Of a stretch of DNA of 16,655 nucleotides, positions 1 to 7,590 are shown one piece after another. Both the position numbers and the translations under genes were made by a program. Origin of the DNA: Candidatus Hydrogenedentota bacterium (lineage in GTDB: Bacteria; Hydrogenedentota; Hydrogenedentia; Hydrogenedentales; GCA-2746185); assembly GCA_046583315.1 (NCBI GenBank), contig JAYGCN010000344.1, positions 1 through 16,655 on the forward strand, given 5' to 3'. The notes below the pieces were generated by a model. The model searched no databases. It saw nothing but the letters and a program-made list of their open reading frames with translations, and had not been told where the DNA came from. Each line of letters starts with the position of its first letter. Within the stretch, counting starts at the first letter, position 1.

Positions 1-393
1 CTGATCGAGCACGACCGGTGCTGCCGGGGCGGGATAATCGCCTTCGGGAGGATTCTTGATGTAAAGGAATACGTTGGCCAGAGCACCATCGGCGGAAACC
101 ACAACGGTTTCGGACAACAGCGGCTCGCCATCGTGCATGGCTGAACATTTTGCATCGCCTTCCGTATCGATGACGGTGCGTTCGGGAGCTGTGCCTGAGA
201 AGCTGATTTTGCCTGCGAGACCGGCGGCGGATGTAGACGCTGATGCTGCCGCCGTTTCGGTTGCTGCTGGAGCATTGTCGCTGTCGTCAGCCGGGGCTTC
301 TTCGGAACCGCCGCCGCAACCGGCGAATACGAGCGCGCCGCAGAGTGCGAGAGAACTTACACGGAGCCAAGGAAATACTTTTGATGTGTTCAT
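1..393 (-). CDS. Lipoprotein, 3' end runs off the window; resembles carboxypeptidase-regulatory-like/cupredoxin-like domain lipoproteins
   Basis: Not in the ORF track. My translation from ATG at 393 is open to base 1: MNTSKVFPWLRVSSLALCGALVFAGC|GGGSEEAPADD...AGKISFSGTAPERTVIDTEGDAKCSAMHDGEPLLSETVVVSADGALANVFLYIKNPPEGDYPAPAAPVVLDQ. It has a lipobox (FAGC), an Ala/Ser linker and AAAGG upstream. The family call is from recall of the 'G.i.f.G..P...D..C.....l.nvfv.......p.vlDQ' pattern. Confidence 0.8.
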   Translation of the reverse strand, partial: MNTSKVFPWLRVSSLALCGALVFAGCGGGSEEAPADDSDNAPAATETAAASASTSAAGLAGKISFSGTAPERTVIDTEGDAKCSAMHDGEPLLSETVVVSADGALANVFLYIKNPPEGDYPAPAAPVVLDQ

Positions 394-561
394 GATTCGT
401 ACCTTTTTTGCTTACTATTGTTTGGAATACACAGGGATAGAACGAATATCCTATCCAAGAAGTCACGTCCAGGAGAAACCTGACGGCAAGACAATACCGT
501 CGGACGTGAAGGAACGCCCAAGTTGTACCTTATTCAGCTCCCGAAATTCAAGATTGCCGTG

Positions 562-750
562 TTATGAAGCCAGTCGACGCAGGTCTTCGTTCACCCGATT
601 GTGACGCGCTTTGATGCGAAATTCGAGGCAATTTGATTCCGTCTCAGCGAAATCCAGCTCGATGGTCATCATCAGCGCGGTCAATGCGCGCGCGAATTCC
701 AATTCTTCGCGAATCTCGTGAATCGGTTGGTGCAGTTCATTCTTATCCAT
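562..750 (-). CDS. Small hypothetical protein (62 aa, predicted helical)
   Basis: ATG preceded by AGGGG, and a near-consensus sigma70 promoter 25 nt upstream (TTGACA-17-TATGCT). Confidence 0.55.
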   Translation of the reverse strand: MDKNELHQPIHEIREELEFARALTALMMTIELDFAETESNCLEFRIKARHNRVNEDLRRLAS

Positions 751-774
751 TTCACTACCCCTGTAACTGAGGTT

Positions 775-803
775 AGCATAGACGCATTGGTGCTTATTGT
801 CAA
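775..803 (-). promoter_or_regulatory. Sigma70-type promoter for the 62-aa ORF
   Basis: Minus strand reads TTGACA (803-798), 17-nt spacer, TATGCT (780-775). Confidence 0.6.
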
Positions 804-839
804 GAGATTACTCTGACTACCACAATATCTAAGTATGTG

Positions 840-2567
840 TTAGCTAAAATCGAGATCTTTATCGGTCACTGCGCCTTCGGATGCTGAGCTTACATGACTC
901 GCGTATTTGGCCAGAACACCTTCTGTGTAGCGCGGCTTGGGCTGCTTCCAGGCTTTCTTGCGCTTCTTCATTTCTGTGGCTGAGATGTCGAGATTGATGA
1001 CTCGTTTTTTGGCGTCGATGGTAATATGGTCGCCGTTTTTGATGAGGGCTATCGGACCACCAACCTGCGCCTCGGGCGTGATATGCCCGACCACGAATCC
1101 GTGGCTGCCTCCGGAGAATCGTCCGTCAGTAATGAGCGCGACGTCTTCTCCGAGCCCCTTGCCCATGACCGCGGATGTGGGTGCCAACATTTCGCGCATG
1201 CCGGGTCCGCCTTTTGGACCTTCATAACGGATGACCACCACGTCGCCTTTTTTGATGGTGCCGTCGAGGATGCGTTGGAGCGCGTCTTCTTCGGAGGCGA
1301 ATACGCGGGCTTTACCGGTGAAGCTCAAGCCTTCTTTGCCGGTGATTTTTGCGACTGCGCCTTCGGGGGCGAGATTGCCGTACATGATGACGAGGTGGCC
1401 GTCTGGTTTTATGGGGTCGTCGAAGGAGCGAATGATGTCTTGCCCCTTTGGATATTTCTTCACACCTTTCAAATTCTGCGCCATGGTCTTTCCGGTGACG
1501 GTCAGGCAATCGCCGTGAAGGAGTCCTTTGTCCAGTAACATTTTCATCAATGGTTGAATTCCACCGATTTCGATGAGGCGTTGCATCACGTATTTCCCGC
1601 TGGGTTTGAGATCCGCGAGCACCGGGGTCTTTTTGCCGAGGCGGGTGAAGTCATCGATTTTGAGTTTTACGCCGACGCTGTGGGCCATCGCGAGCAGGTG
1701 TAGCACCGCGTTTGTAGAGCCGCCGAGGGCCGTGAGCACGACGATGGCGTTTTCGAAGCCCTTCTTGGTCATAATGTCTTTGGGACGGATGTCTTTTTTG
1801 ATGAGTTCGAGCACGGCCTTACCGGCGGCTTTGCAGTCATCGGATTTTTCTTTGGAAATCGCGGCCTGTGCAGAGCTGTTCGGCAGACTCATGCCGAGGG
1901 CTTCAATCGCGGAGGCCATCGTGTTCGCCGTGTACATGCCGCCACAGGAACCTGCACCGGGAATGGCCCTGGCCTCGATTGCGGCGAGTTCTTTGTCGCT
2001 CATATCGTTGTTTGCGTTGGCACCGACGGCTTCGAATACCGATATGACATCAAGATCTTTCCCTTTGTACCGTCCCGGCATTATTGTACCGCCGTATACG
2101 AAGATGGAGGGACGATTGAGACGCGCCAAGGCCATCAAACAGCCCGGCATATTTTTGTCGCAGCCGCCAATGGCAACGACGCCGTCGAACCACTGGCATC
2201 CAACGACCGTTTCGATGGAGTCGGCGATGACTTCGCGGGATACCAGCGAGTATTTCATGCCTTCGGTACCCATGGAGATGCCGTCGGAAATGGTGATCGT
2301 GTTGAACTGAACAGCCTTTCCGCCGTTCTTGTCTACACCGATCTGAACTTCGTCCGCGAGCTTGTCGATGTGCATGTTGCACGGCGTGACCATGCTCCAC
2401 GTCGACGCGATCCCAATCTGCGGCTTCTTGAAATCCTTGTTGCTGAATCCCACCGCATGCAACATCGCACGGGCCGGCGCGCGTTCCGCCGTCTCAGTAA
2501 TATGCCCCGAATACTGGCGCATCGGGTCGTTGGTCGGGGATGTATTCTTGGATGACTTCTTCGCCAT
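840..2567 (-). CDS. ilvD: Dihydroxy-acid dehydratase
   Basis: 575 aa with IlvD motifs [73 protein letters not shown]. The PCN motif is typical of [2Fe-2S]-type enzymes. Confidence 0.97.
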   Translation of the reverse strand: MAKKSSKNTSPTNDPMRQYSGHITETAERAPARAMLHAVGFSNKDFKKPQIGIASTWSMVTPCNMHIDKLADEVQIGVDKNGGKAVQFNTITISDGISMGTEGMKYSLVSREVIADSIETVVGCQWFDGVVAIGGCDKNMPGCLMALARLNRPSIFVYGGTIMPGRYKGKDLDVISVFEAVGANANNDMSDKELAAIEARAIPGAGSCGGMYTANTMASAIEALGMSLPNSSAQAAISKEKSDDCKAAGKAVLELIKKDIRPKDIMTKKGFENAIVVLTALGGSTNAVLHLLAMAHSVGVKLKIDDFTRLGKKTPVLADLKPSGKYVMQRLIEIGGIQPLMKMLLDKGLLHGDCLTVTGKTMAQNLKGVKKYPKGQDIIRSFDDPIKPDGHLVIMYGNLAPEGAVAKITGKEGLSFTGKARVFASEEDALQRILDGTIKKGDVVVIRYEGPKGGPGMREMLAPTSAVMGKGLGEDVALITDGRFSGGSHGFVVGHITPEAQVGGPIALIKNGDHITIDAKKRVINLDISATEMKKRKKAWKQPKPRYTEGVLAKYASHVSSASEGAVTDKDLDFS

Positions 2568-2609
2568 GAGGGCTCTCCAGGTAGATACGTTTGGGTAATG
2601 AATCCGGGT

Positions 2610-2639
2610 AGTTTAACTGTCAAAGCCTTTGGAAGGCAA
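2610..2639 (-). promoter_or_regulatory. Putative sigma70 promoter for ilvD
   Basis: Minus strand TTGCCT-18 nt-TAAACT, about 43 nt upstream of the ilvD ATG. Confidence 0.4.
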
Positions 2640-2683
2640 GAACAGTGGTTTAGAATTCTTTTCCGTACAGATTATATGCGCAC

Positions 2684-2719
2684 AAAAAATCCCACGACTT
2701 CACTTAAAGTCGCGGGATT
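2684..2719 (-). terminator. Rho-independent terminator of ppdK
   Basis: Minus strand AATCCCGCGACTT-TAAGTG-AAGTCGTGGGATT-TTTT: 13-bp stem with one G-U pair that works on this strand, followed by a U tract, 20 nt after the ppdK stop. Confidence 0.8.
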
Positions 2720-2739
2720 CATTTTTCGTGAATATGGAA

Positions 2740-5508
2740 CTACTTTTTCTTCGCTTTGGCCCTAGCTCTTTTCTTCGCCTTTGGCTTGGGAGCGGCTTTG
2801 CGTGGTGTTTCGAGTGCGGCGTGGGCTGCTGCGAGGCGTGCAATGGGCACGCGGAAGGGGCTGCAGCTGACATAGTCGAGTCCGACGCGGTGGCAGAATT
2901 TCACGGAGGAGGGATCGCCGCCGTGTTCGCCGCAGATACCGACCTTCAAATTCGGACGGGTTTTGCGTCCTCGCTCTACGCCAATCTCGACGAGCTGTCC
3001 GATGCCTTCCTGGTCAAGTTGCTGGAAGGGGTCGGCGGGCAGGATATCTTTCGCCACGTATTCGGGCAGGAAGGTGCCGACATCGTCGCGCGAGAAACCG
3101 AAGCCCATTTGCGTGAGGTCATTGGTGCCGAAACTGAAGAATTCGGCGTGTTCGGCAATCTTGTCCGCAACCAGACACGCGCGCGGGATTTCGATCATGG
3201 TTCCGACCTGGAATTTCAGTTTGACTTTGCGTTCCTTTTCGATTTCGGCAGCGACACGGCGAATGATTGCCTCCTGATTGAGGTATTCATTCTCATGCCC
3301 GACGAGCGGAATCATGATTTCGGGATAGACGTCGATCTTTTTCTTTTTCAGATCGGCTGCTGCTTCAAGAATTGCACGTGCCTGCATTTCGGTGATTTCG
3401 GGATAGGCGATACCCAAGCGACACCCGCGATGACCCAGCATCGGGTTCATTTCGTGGAGCTGCTGGATCCGTATGTGGATTGCTTTCTCAGAAATCTTCA
3501 ATTGTTTGGCAAGTTGCGTGACTTGCTCTCCCTGCAGTTCGAGGAATTCGTGCAACGGCGGATCAAGTAAACGAATCGTTACGGGTTTTCCAGCCATGGC
3601 GCGAAAGATGCCGGTGAAGTCTTTCTTCTGGAACGGAAGCAGCTTCATGACTGCTTTGCGGCGTTCTGCTTCGTCGTGAGCGAGAATCATGTGACGAACG
3701 TGGATGATGCGCTCGGGTTCGAAGAACATGTGCTCGGTACGGGCGAGTCCGATGCCTTCTGCGCCGAATGTGATCGCCTGTTTTGCATCGGCAGGACTCT
3801 CGGCATTGGTACGAACTTTAATCTGTCGTACTCCGTCGGCCCATTCCATGATCGTCTTGTACCATTTATTCTTGTTCGGTTGAGCGGGAAGCACGCCGAG
3901 TTCATCTTGGTAGAGAATACCGGTCGACCCGTTCAAGGAAATCCAATCGCCTTCTTTGATGGTCGTCCCGTCAACGGTAAACTGTTTCTTCTTGACATCT
4001 ATGTGGATAGCGGCACAACCCACGATGCAACATTTTCCCCAGCCGCGCGCAACGAGTGCCGCGTGAGAGGTCATGCCACCTTTTGCGGTCAGAATGGCTT
4101 CGGCTGCGTGCATTCCGTGTACGTCTTCGGGGGAGGTCTCATGACGCACCAACACGACAGGATCGCCGTTGGCCGCCCACTCAGCGGCGTCGTCCGAGGT
4201 GAATACCGCGCGACCTACACCAGCGCCTGGACCCGCGGGAAGTCCCTTGGCCAATACGGTGCCTTTCTTTTCGGAAGCGGGATTCAACATCGGGTGTAAC
4301 AATTCATCGAGCTGATCCGGCTCGACGCGAAGGATTGCGGTCGTCCTGTCAATCAGGCGCTGTCTGGTCATTTCGACGGCCATACGAACGGCGGCCATCC
4401 CGGTACGTTTTCCGGTGCGGGTCTGCAGCATCCAGAGTTTACCGTCTTCAATCGTGAACTCAATGTCCTGCATGTCTTTGTAATGCTTCTCGAGTTTCGT
4501 GCGAATCGCGTCGAGTTGCTTGTAGATTTTCGGATAGAGTTCTTCGAGCGACTTCATCTTGCGTGTTTCGGGCGTCTTCGTGGCCTTGTTCAAGGGCGAT
4601 GGCGTACGCGTACCCGCGACAACGTCTTCGCCTTGCGCATTGATCAACCATTCGCCGTAAAACATATCTTCACCGGTCGCGGGATTGCGGGTAAACGCCA
4701 CGCCAGTAGCCGAGCTCGCACCCATGTTTCCGAATACCATGGCCTGCACGTTGACGGCGGTGCCCCACTGGTGTGGAATGCCTTCGATTTGGCGATAGGC
4801 AATCGCACGCTTTCCATTCCAGGATTGGAACACGGCCTTGATCGCCCCCCAGAGTTGTTTGTCTGGATCGTCGGGGAAGTTTTTGCCTAAAGTCTTTTTG
4901 ACGATCTGTTTGAACTCTTTGGAAATGCCTTCGAGATCGTCAGCAGTGAGATCGGAATCTTCGGTAACACCGCGTTCTTCTTTGAGGGCATCAAATCGAT
5001 GCTCAAGTTTTTCGCGTATGGATTCGCCGTCTTTCGGTTCGAGTCCAGAGGCTTTTTCCATTACCACGTCAGAGTACATCGTGATCAGCCGACGGTACGC
5101 ATCGTATACGAAGCGGGCATCACCGGATTGTTCGATCAGCGCGGGAATCGTTTTGCTGCTGAGGCCCACATTCAACACCGTGTCCATCATGCCGGGCATG
5201 GACTGACGTGCACCAGAGCGAACGGAGAGCAACAGCGGATCCGTCGTAGAACCAAACTTCTTGCCCATCTCTCTTTCTACTTTTTTAAGGGACTTGCTCG
5301 CTTCGTCCACGAGTGCTTTGGAGATCTTGCCTCTGTTCTCAAGATAGGCCACGCACATTTCGGTGGTAATTGTGTAACCGGCAGGAACGGGAATTCCGAT
5401 GCTCGACATGTCGGCCAGGTTTGCGCCTTTACCGCCGAGCGTGTTCTTCATGTCTCCTTTGCCTTCGGCCTTACCGCCTCCAAAAAAGTAAACGCTTTTT
5501 TTCGCCAT
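2740..5508 (-). CDS. ppdK: Pyruvate, phosphate dikinase
   Basis: Motifs LGGKGANLA, SVRSGARQSMPGMMDT, GEDVVAG, GGMTSHAA (phospho-His), GIGLARTEHMF, SFGTNDLTQ, GICGEHGG. Start moved from 5571 to ATG 5508 (MAKKSVYFFGGG), which has an AAGGAG RBS; 922 aa. Confidence 0.97.
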   Translation of the reverse strand: MAKKSVYFFGGGKAEGKGDMKNTLGGKGANLADMSSIGIPVPAGYTITTEMCVAYLENRGKISKALVDEASKSLKKVEREMGKKFGSTTDPLLLSVRSGARQSMPGMMDTVLNVGLSSKTIPALIEQSGDARFVYDAYRRLITMYSDVVMEKASGLEPKDGESIREKLEHRFDALKEERGVTEDSDLTADDLEGISKEFKQIVKKTLGKNFPDDPDKQLWGAIKAVFQSWNGKRAIAYRQIEGIPHQWGTAVNVQAMVFGNMGASSATGVAFTRNPATGEDMFYGEWLINAQGEDVVAGTRTPSPLNKATKTPETRKMKSLEELYPKIYKQLDAIRTKLEKHYKDMQDIEFTIEDGKLWMLQTRTGKRTGMAAVRMAVEMTRQRLIDRTTAILRVEPDQLDELLHPMLNPASEKKGTVLAKGLPAGPGAGVGRAVFTSDDAAEWAANGDPVVLVRHETSPEDVHGMHAAEAILTAKGGMTSHAALVARGWGKCCIVGCAAIHIDVKKKQFTVDGTTIKEGDWISLNGSTGILYQDELGVLPAQPNKNKWYKTIMEWADGVRQIKVRTNAESPADAKQAITFGAEGIGLARTEHMFFEPERIIHVRHMILAHDEAERRKAVMKLLPFQKKDFTGIFRAMAGKPVTIRLLDPPLHEFLELQGEQVTQLAKQLKISEKAIHIRIQQLHEMNPMLGHRGCRLGIAYPEITEMQARAILEAAADLKKKKIDVYPEIMIPLVGHENEYLNQEAIIRRVAAEIEKERKVKLKFQVGTMIEIPRACLVADKIAEHAEFFSFGTNDLTQMGFGFSRDDVGTFLPEYVAKDILPADPFQQLDQEGIGQLVEIGVERGRKTRPNLKVGICGEHGGDPSSVKFCHRVGLDYVSCSPFRVPIARLAAAHAALETPRKAAPKPKAKKRARAKAKKK

Positions 5509-5599
5509 GGTGTAACTTCTCCTTAAAACAGGGTGTGAATGGGTGAGTCCGCCATGCGGGATGCAGGCCATTCGAATAAATGAGACTCACAGAGCGGGT

Positions 5600-5629
5600 A
5601 CTATACTAAAAATTGCTGGATCGTCGCAA
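5600..5629 (-). promoter_or_regulatory. Putative sigma70 promoter for ppdK
   Basis: Minus strand TTGCGA-18 nt-TATAGT in the divergent intergenic region. Confidence 0.4.
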
Positions 5630-5732
5630 CCACCGCGCCTCTTCGATGGATGGAGATGGCTAAATTTGGGCTTTTACAGACCTTTGAAAAATTGTATACT
5701 TCTACGAACGACGATGGGGAGTTAGCGCACAC

Positions 5733-6110
5733 GTGAAAACCAGCGTAACCACAGCACTGAAACAGGCGCATGAATTGATTGAACATGCGCAGCGCAATAA
5801 CCTCCCCCCCGATCTGCATTGGCTCGCCCAGCTGGGGCGTGCGTATTCCTCCTCGGTGCATGGGGAAATATCGGATACGCGCCGTACACAGGAGGAAAAA
5901 CAGGGGCTGCTGGATAAGCAATGCAATGAACTCAGCGATGCGCTTGATGCCTTCGAAATTCCGACGGATCCTGTCGAGGACGTTGCGCAAAATGACGATG
6001 GGGCCGAACCCGACCCTGAATCCGAACACGCGTCCGAAGACACCTTCACGCCGGAGCAGAATCGAAGCCTGCTGGAACGATGCATCCAACGCCTCCGCGG
6101 AAAATCGTAA
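5733..6110 (+). CDS. Hypothetical protein (125 aa; helical N-terminus, acidic linker, short basic C-terminal helix)
   Basis: GTG start with GGGGAG RBS and a TATACT -10-like box at 5695-5700. It fills the gap between ppdK and the tRNA. No family recognised. Confidence 0.6.
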   Translation: MKTSVTTALKQAHELIEHAQRNNLPPDLHWLAQLGRAYSSSVHGEISDTRRTQEEKQGLLDKQCNELSDALDAFEIPTDPVEDVAQNDDGAEPDPESEHASEDTFTPEQNRSLLERCIQRLRGKS

Positions 6111-6118
6111 CCACCCTT

Positions 6119-6178
6119 ACCTTTCTTTTGGAAAAAGAAAGGGTTGACCAAAGAAAACCGGCGGATACTTCTTATCCT
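6119..6178 (+). repeat. Dispersed hairpin/mirror-repeat element, copy A
   Basis: CCTTTCTTTT-GGA-AAAAGAAAGG hairpin; mirror repeat AAAAGAAA (6133-6140) / AAAGAAAA (6150-6157); core ACCGGCGGATACTTCTTATCCT (6157-6178) is 20/22 identical to the reverse complement of 14073-14094. Confidence 0.7.
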
Positions 6179-6235
6179 TTATTAGAGTGATGTTGTCCGC
6201 TAGGGACAGCCCTAATCTATACCGTCCGGCAGGAC

Positions 6236-6292
6236 CTTTTCGGGTGAAAAGAAAAAGCAAGCAAAAAGTAAAGCCGATGGAAGTTCTCCCCT
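6236..6292 (+). repeat. Degenerate copy B of the same element
   Basis: CTTTTC-GGGT-GAAAAG hairpin; mirror GAAAAGAAAAA (6246-6256) / AAAAAGTAAAG (6263-6273); then GCCGATGGAAGTTCTCCCCT, which resembles the core (about 15/22 with two gaps). Confidence 0.4.
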
Positions 6293-6348
6293 TGAATTGA
6301 GTTGCTACTCGCGCCCGTAGTACACTATGTATCGTCTCACCACCCCAC

Positions 6349-6425
6349 GCGCCCATAGCTCAGCTGGATAGAGCAACGGCCTTCTAAGCCGTAGGTCGCA
6401 GGTTCGAACCCTGCTGGGCGCACCA
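6349..6425 (+). tRNA. tRNA-Arg (anticodon TCT)
   Basis: 77 nt: acceptor stem GCGCCCA/TGGGCGC, D arm GCTC..GAGC, anticodon arm ACGGC-CTTCTAA-GCCGT, T arm GCAGG-TTCGAAC-CCTGC, encoded CCA. Possible promoter TTGAGT-18-TACACT at 6297-6326. Confidence 0.98.
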
Positions 6426-6460
6426 TTCTTATCTTGTGCGTATCGTTGGAGCGGAAGGAT

Positions 6461-7513
6461 TTATAGTGAATCCAGCGTTTCGACGGCATCCTTGTATTCT
6501 TCGGAGTCTTTGGGGTAGAAATTTACCATCTCCTTGTAGATAAGCCTCTCCCTTTCCTTATCTCCTAGATACCTATAACATTGTGTGAGTCCTGAAAAGG
6601 CCCTTTCAACGGACCCGGTGTCGGGATATCTGTCAACAACCTTCGAATAGGCTTCCGCAGCTTTTTCGTAGTCTTTGACTTTCGAGTAGTAAAGGTTGCC
6701 AATAGATAACCAGTGATACGCGATTTTTTCGGGGTCCGTCTCAACCGTGATCGCTGCTTTCTCATCGTCAATATCGATGAGCGCTTTCTCACTTTTGGTC
6801 AATGTGATCGCGCGTTTTTCCCTCAGCTCAGCAATCGTCGGCTCAGGTGGTTCTACGAAGGGAGTTATTTCTTTGTTCGCGGTGGAATGTTTCGTAGTGG
6901 TTTGGCTTGTATCACTGGTCTCGAAACTTCGCTGAATCAGAACGGCGAGCGAAATCGATAGTCCAAGGGCGACCAACAGATACCACTTTCGAAGGAGACG
7001 GGACAGGACGGTGGGGCCTCTATCGCGATTCGATCCGCTCCGTACCTCGGCGCCTCGGTCATAGTGCTGCGTCAAGCCGCTGTGTATTTTCTTTAGTCGC
7101 GCAGTCTCATCATTGGCATGCCCGTAGGCGTGGGAAGACTCAAGGAAGCCTTTGACCAGATTTGCCTCTCGTGCGGCCCATTCTTCAGAGCGATCACTCG
7201 TCGAAAAATCCGAGATTACTTTTCGTAGTGCTTCCGATGCGGAAGCACTATCATCCTGATCTAGCAAATCACTCCAGGTATCGTGTTGCCACGCGGTGAT
7301 GGTTTGTTGCACCAACCCTATCACTGGATCATCGGTAGGTAACGCTTTTCTGGGTAATGCCCTAATTTCCAGGTACCCGAGTAACATTCCAATATCTTTG
7401 GCGGCTAGTCCTAGAATTGGCGGCTTTGAATCCTTTTCCTGTGCCCGAAAGGTATCCAGAAGTTGCTCTACTATATCTTTCACTATCAGTTGATCGGTAT
7501 CCACCAAATCCAA
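6461..7513 (-). CDS. Single-pass membrane protein with C-terminal TPR repeats
   Basis: TTG start with AGAAGGGA RBS; one hydrophobic span (WYLLVALGLSISLAVLI) after basic RLLRK; TPR-like helices (WLSIGNLYYSKVKDYEKAAEAYSKVVDRYP; AFSGLTQCYRYLGDKERERLIYKEMVNFYP). Confidence 0.8.
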   Translation of the reverse strand: MDLVDTDQLIVKDIVEQLLDTFRAQEKDSKPPILGLAAKDIGMLLGYLEIRALPRKALPTDDPVIGLVQQTITAWQHDTWSDLLDQDDSASASEALRKVISDFSTSDRSEEWAAREANLVKGFLESSHAYGHANDETARLKKIHSGLTQHYDRGAEVRSGSNRDRGPTVLSRLLRKWYLLVALGLSISLAVLIQRSFETSDTSQTTTKHSTANKEITPFVEPPEPTIAELREKRAITLTKSEKALIDIDDEKAAITVETDPEKIAYHWLSIGNLYYSKVKDYEKAAEAYSKVVDRYPDTGSVERAFSGLTQCYRYLGDKERERLIYKEMVNFYPKDSEEYKDAVETLDSL

Positions 7514-7590
7514 ATCCCTTCTTACGCAACGTCGTTGATTCTTCAGTTCGTACAGCCAAACAAGAGTACTGTATGGTCACCCGTGCTTGT

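Noticed and set aside
435..456. Inverted repeat GGATAG-N10-CTATCC upstream of the lipoprotein gene
   Set aside because: Only 6-bp arms and a single occurrence; could be an operator but cannot be supported from this window.
74..604. 176-aa plus-strand ORF in the track
   Set aside because: It is the antisense of the lipoprotein gene at 1-393, which has a lipobox and RBS.
2629..5526. Long plus-strand ORFs (313, 207, 135, 175 aa) opposite ppdK, and similar ones opposite ilvD (1573-2310) and aconitase (14244-16031)
   Set aside because: Antisense shadow frames of conserved genes, produced by codon bias; no RBS or recognisable motifs.
6311..6320. GCGCCCGTAG, a 9/10 match to the tRNA 5' end 38 nt upstream of it
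   Set aside because: Too short, no cloverleaf follows, and it lies within the probable promoter spacer.
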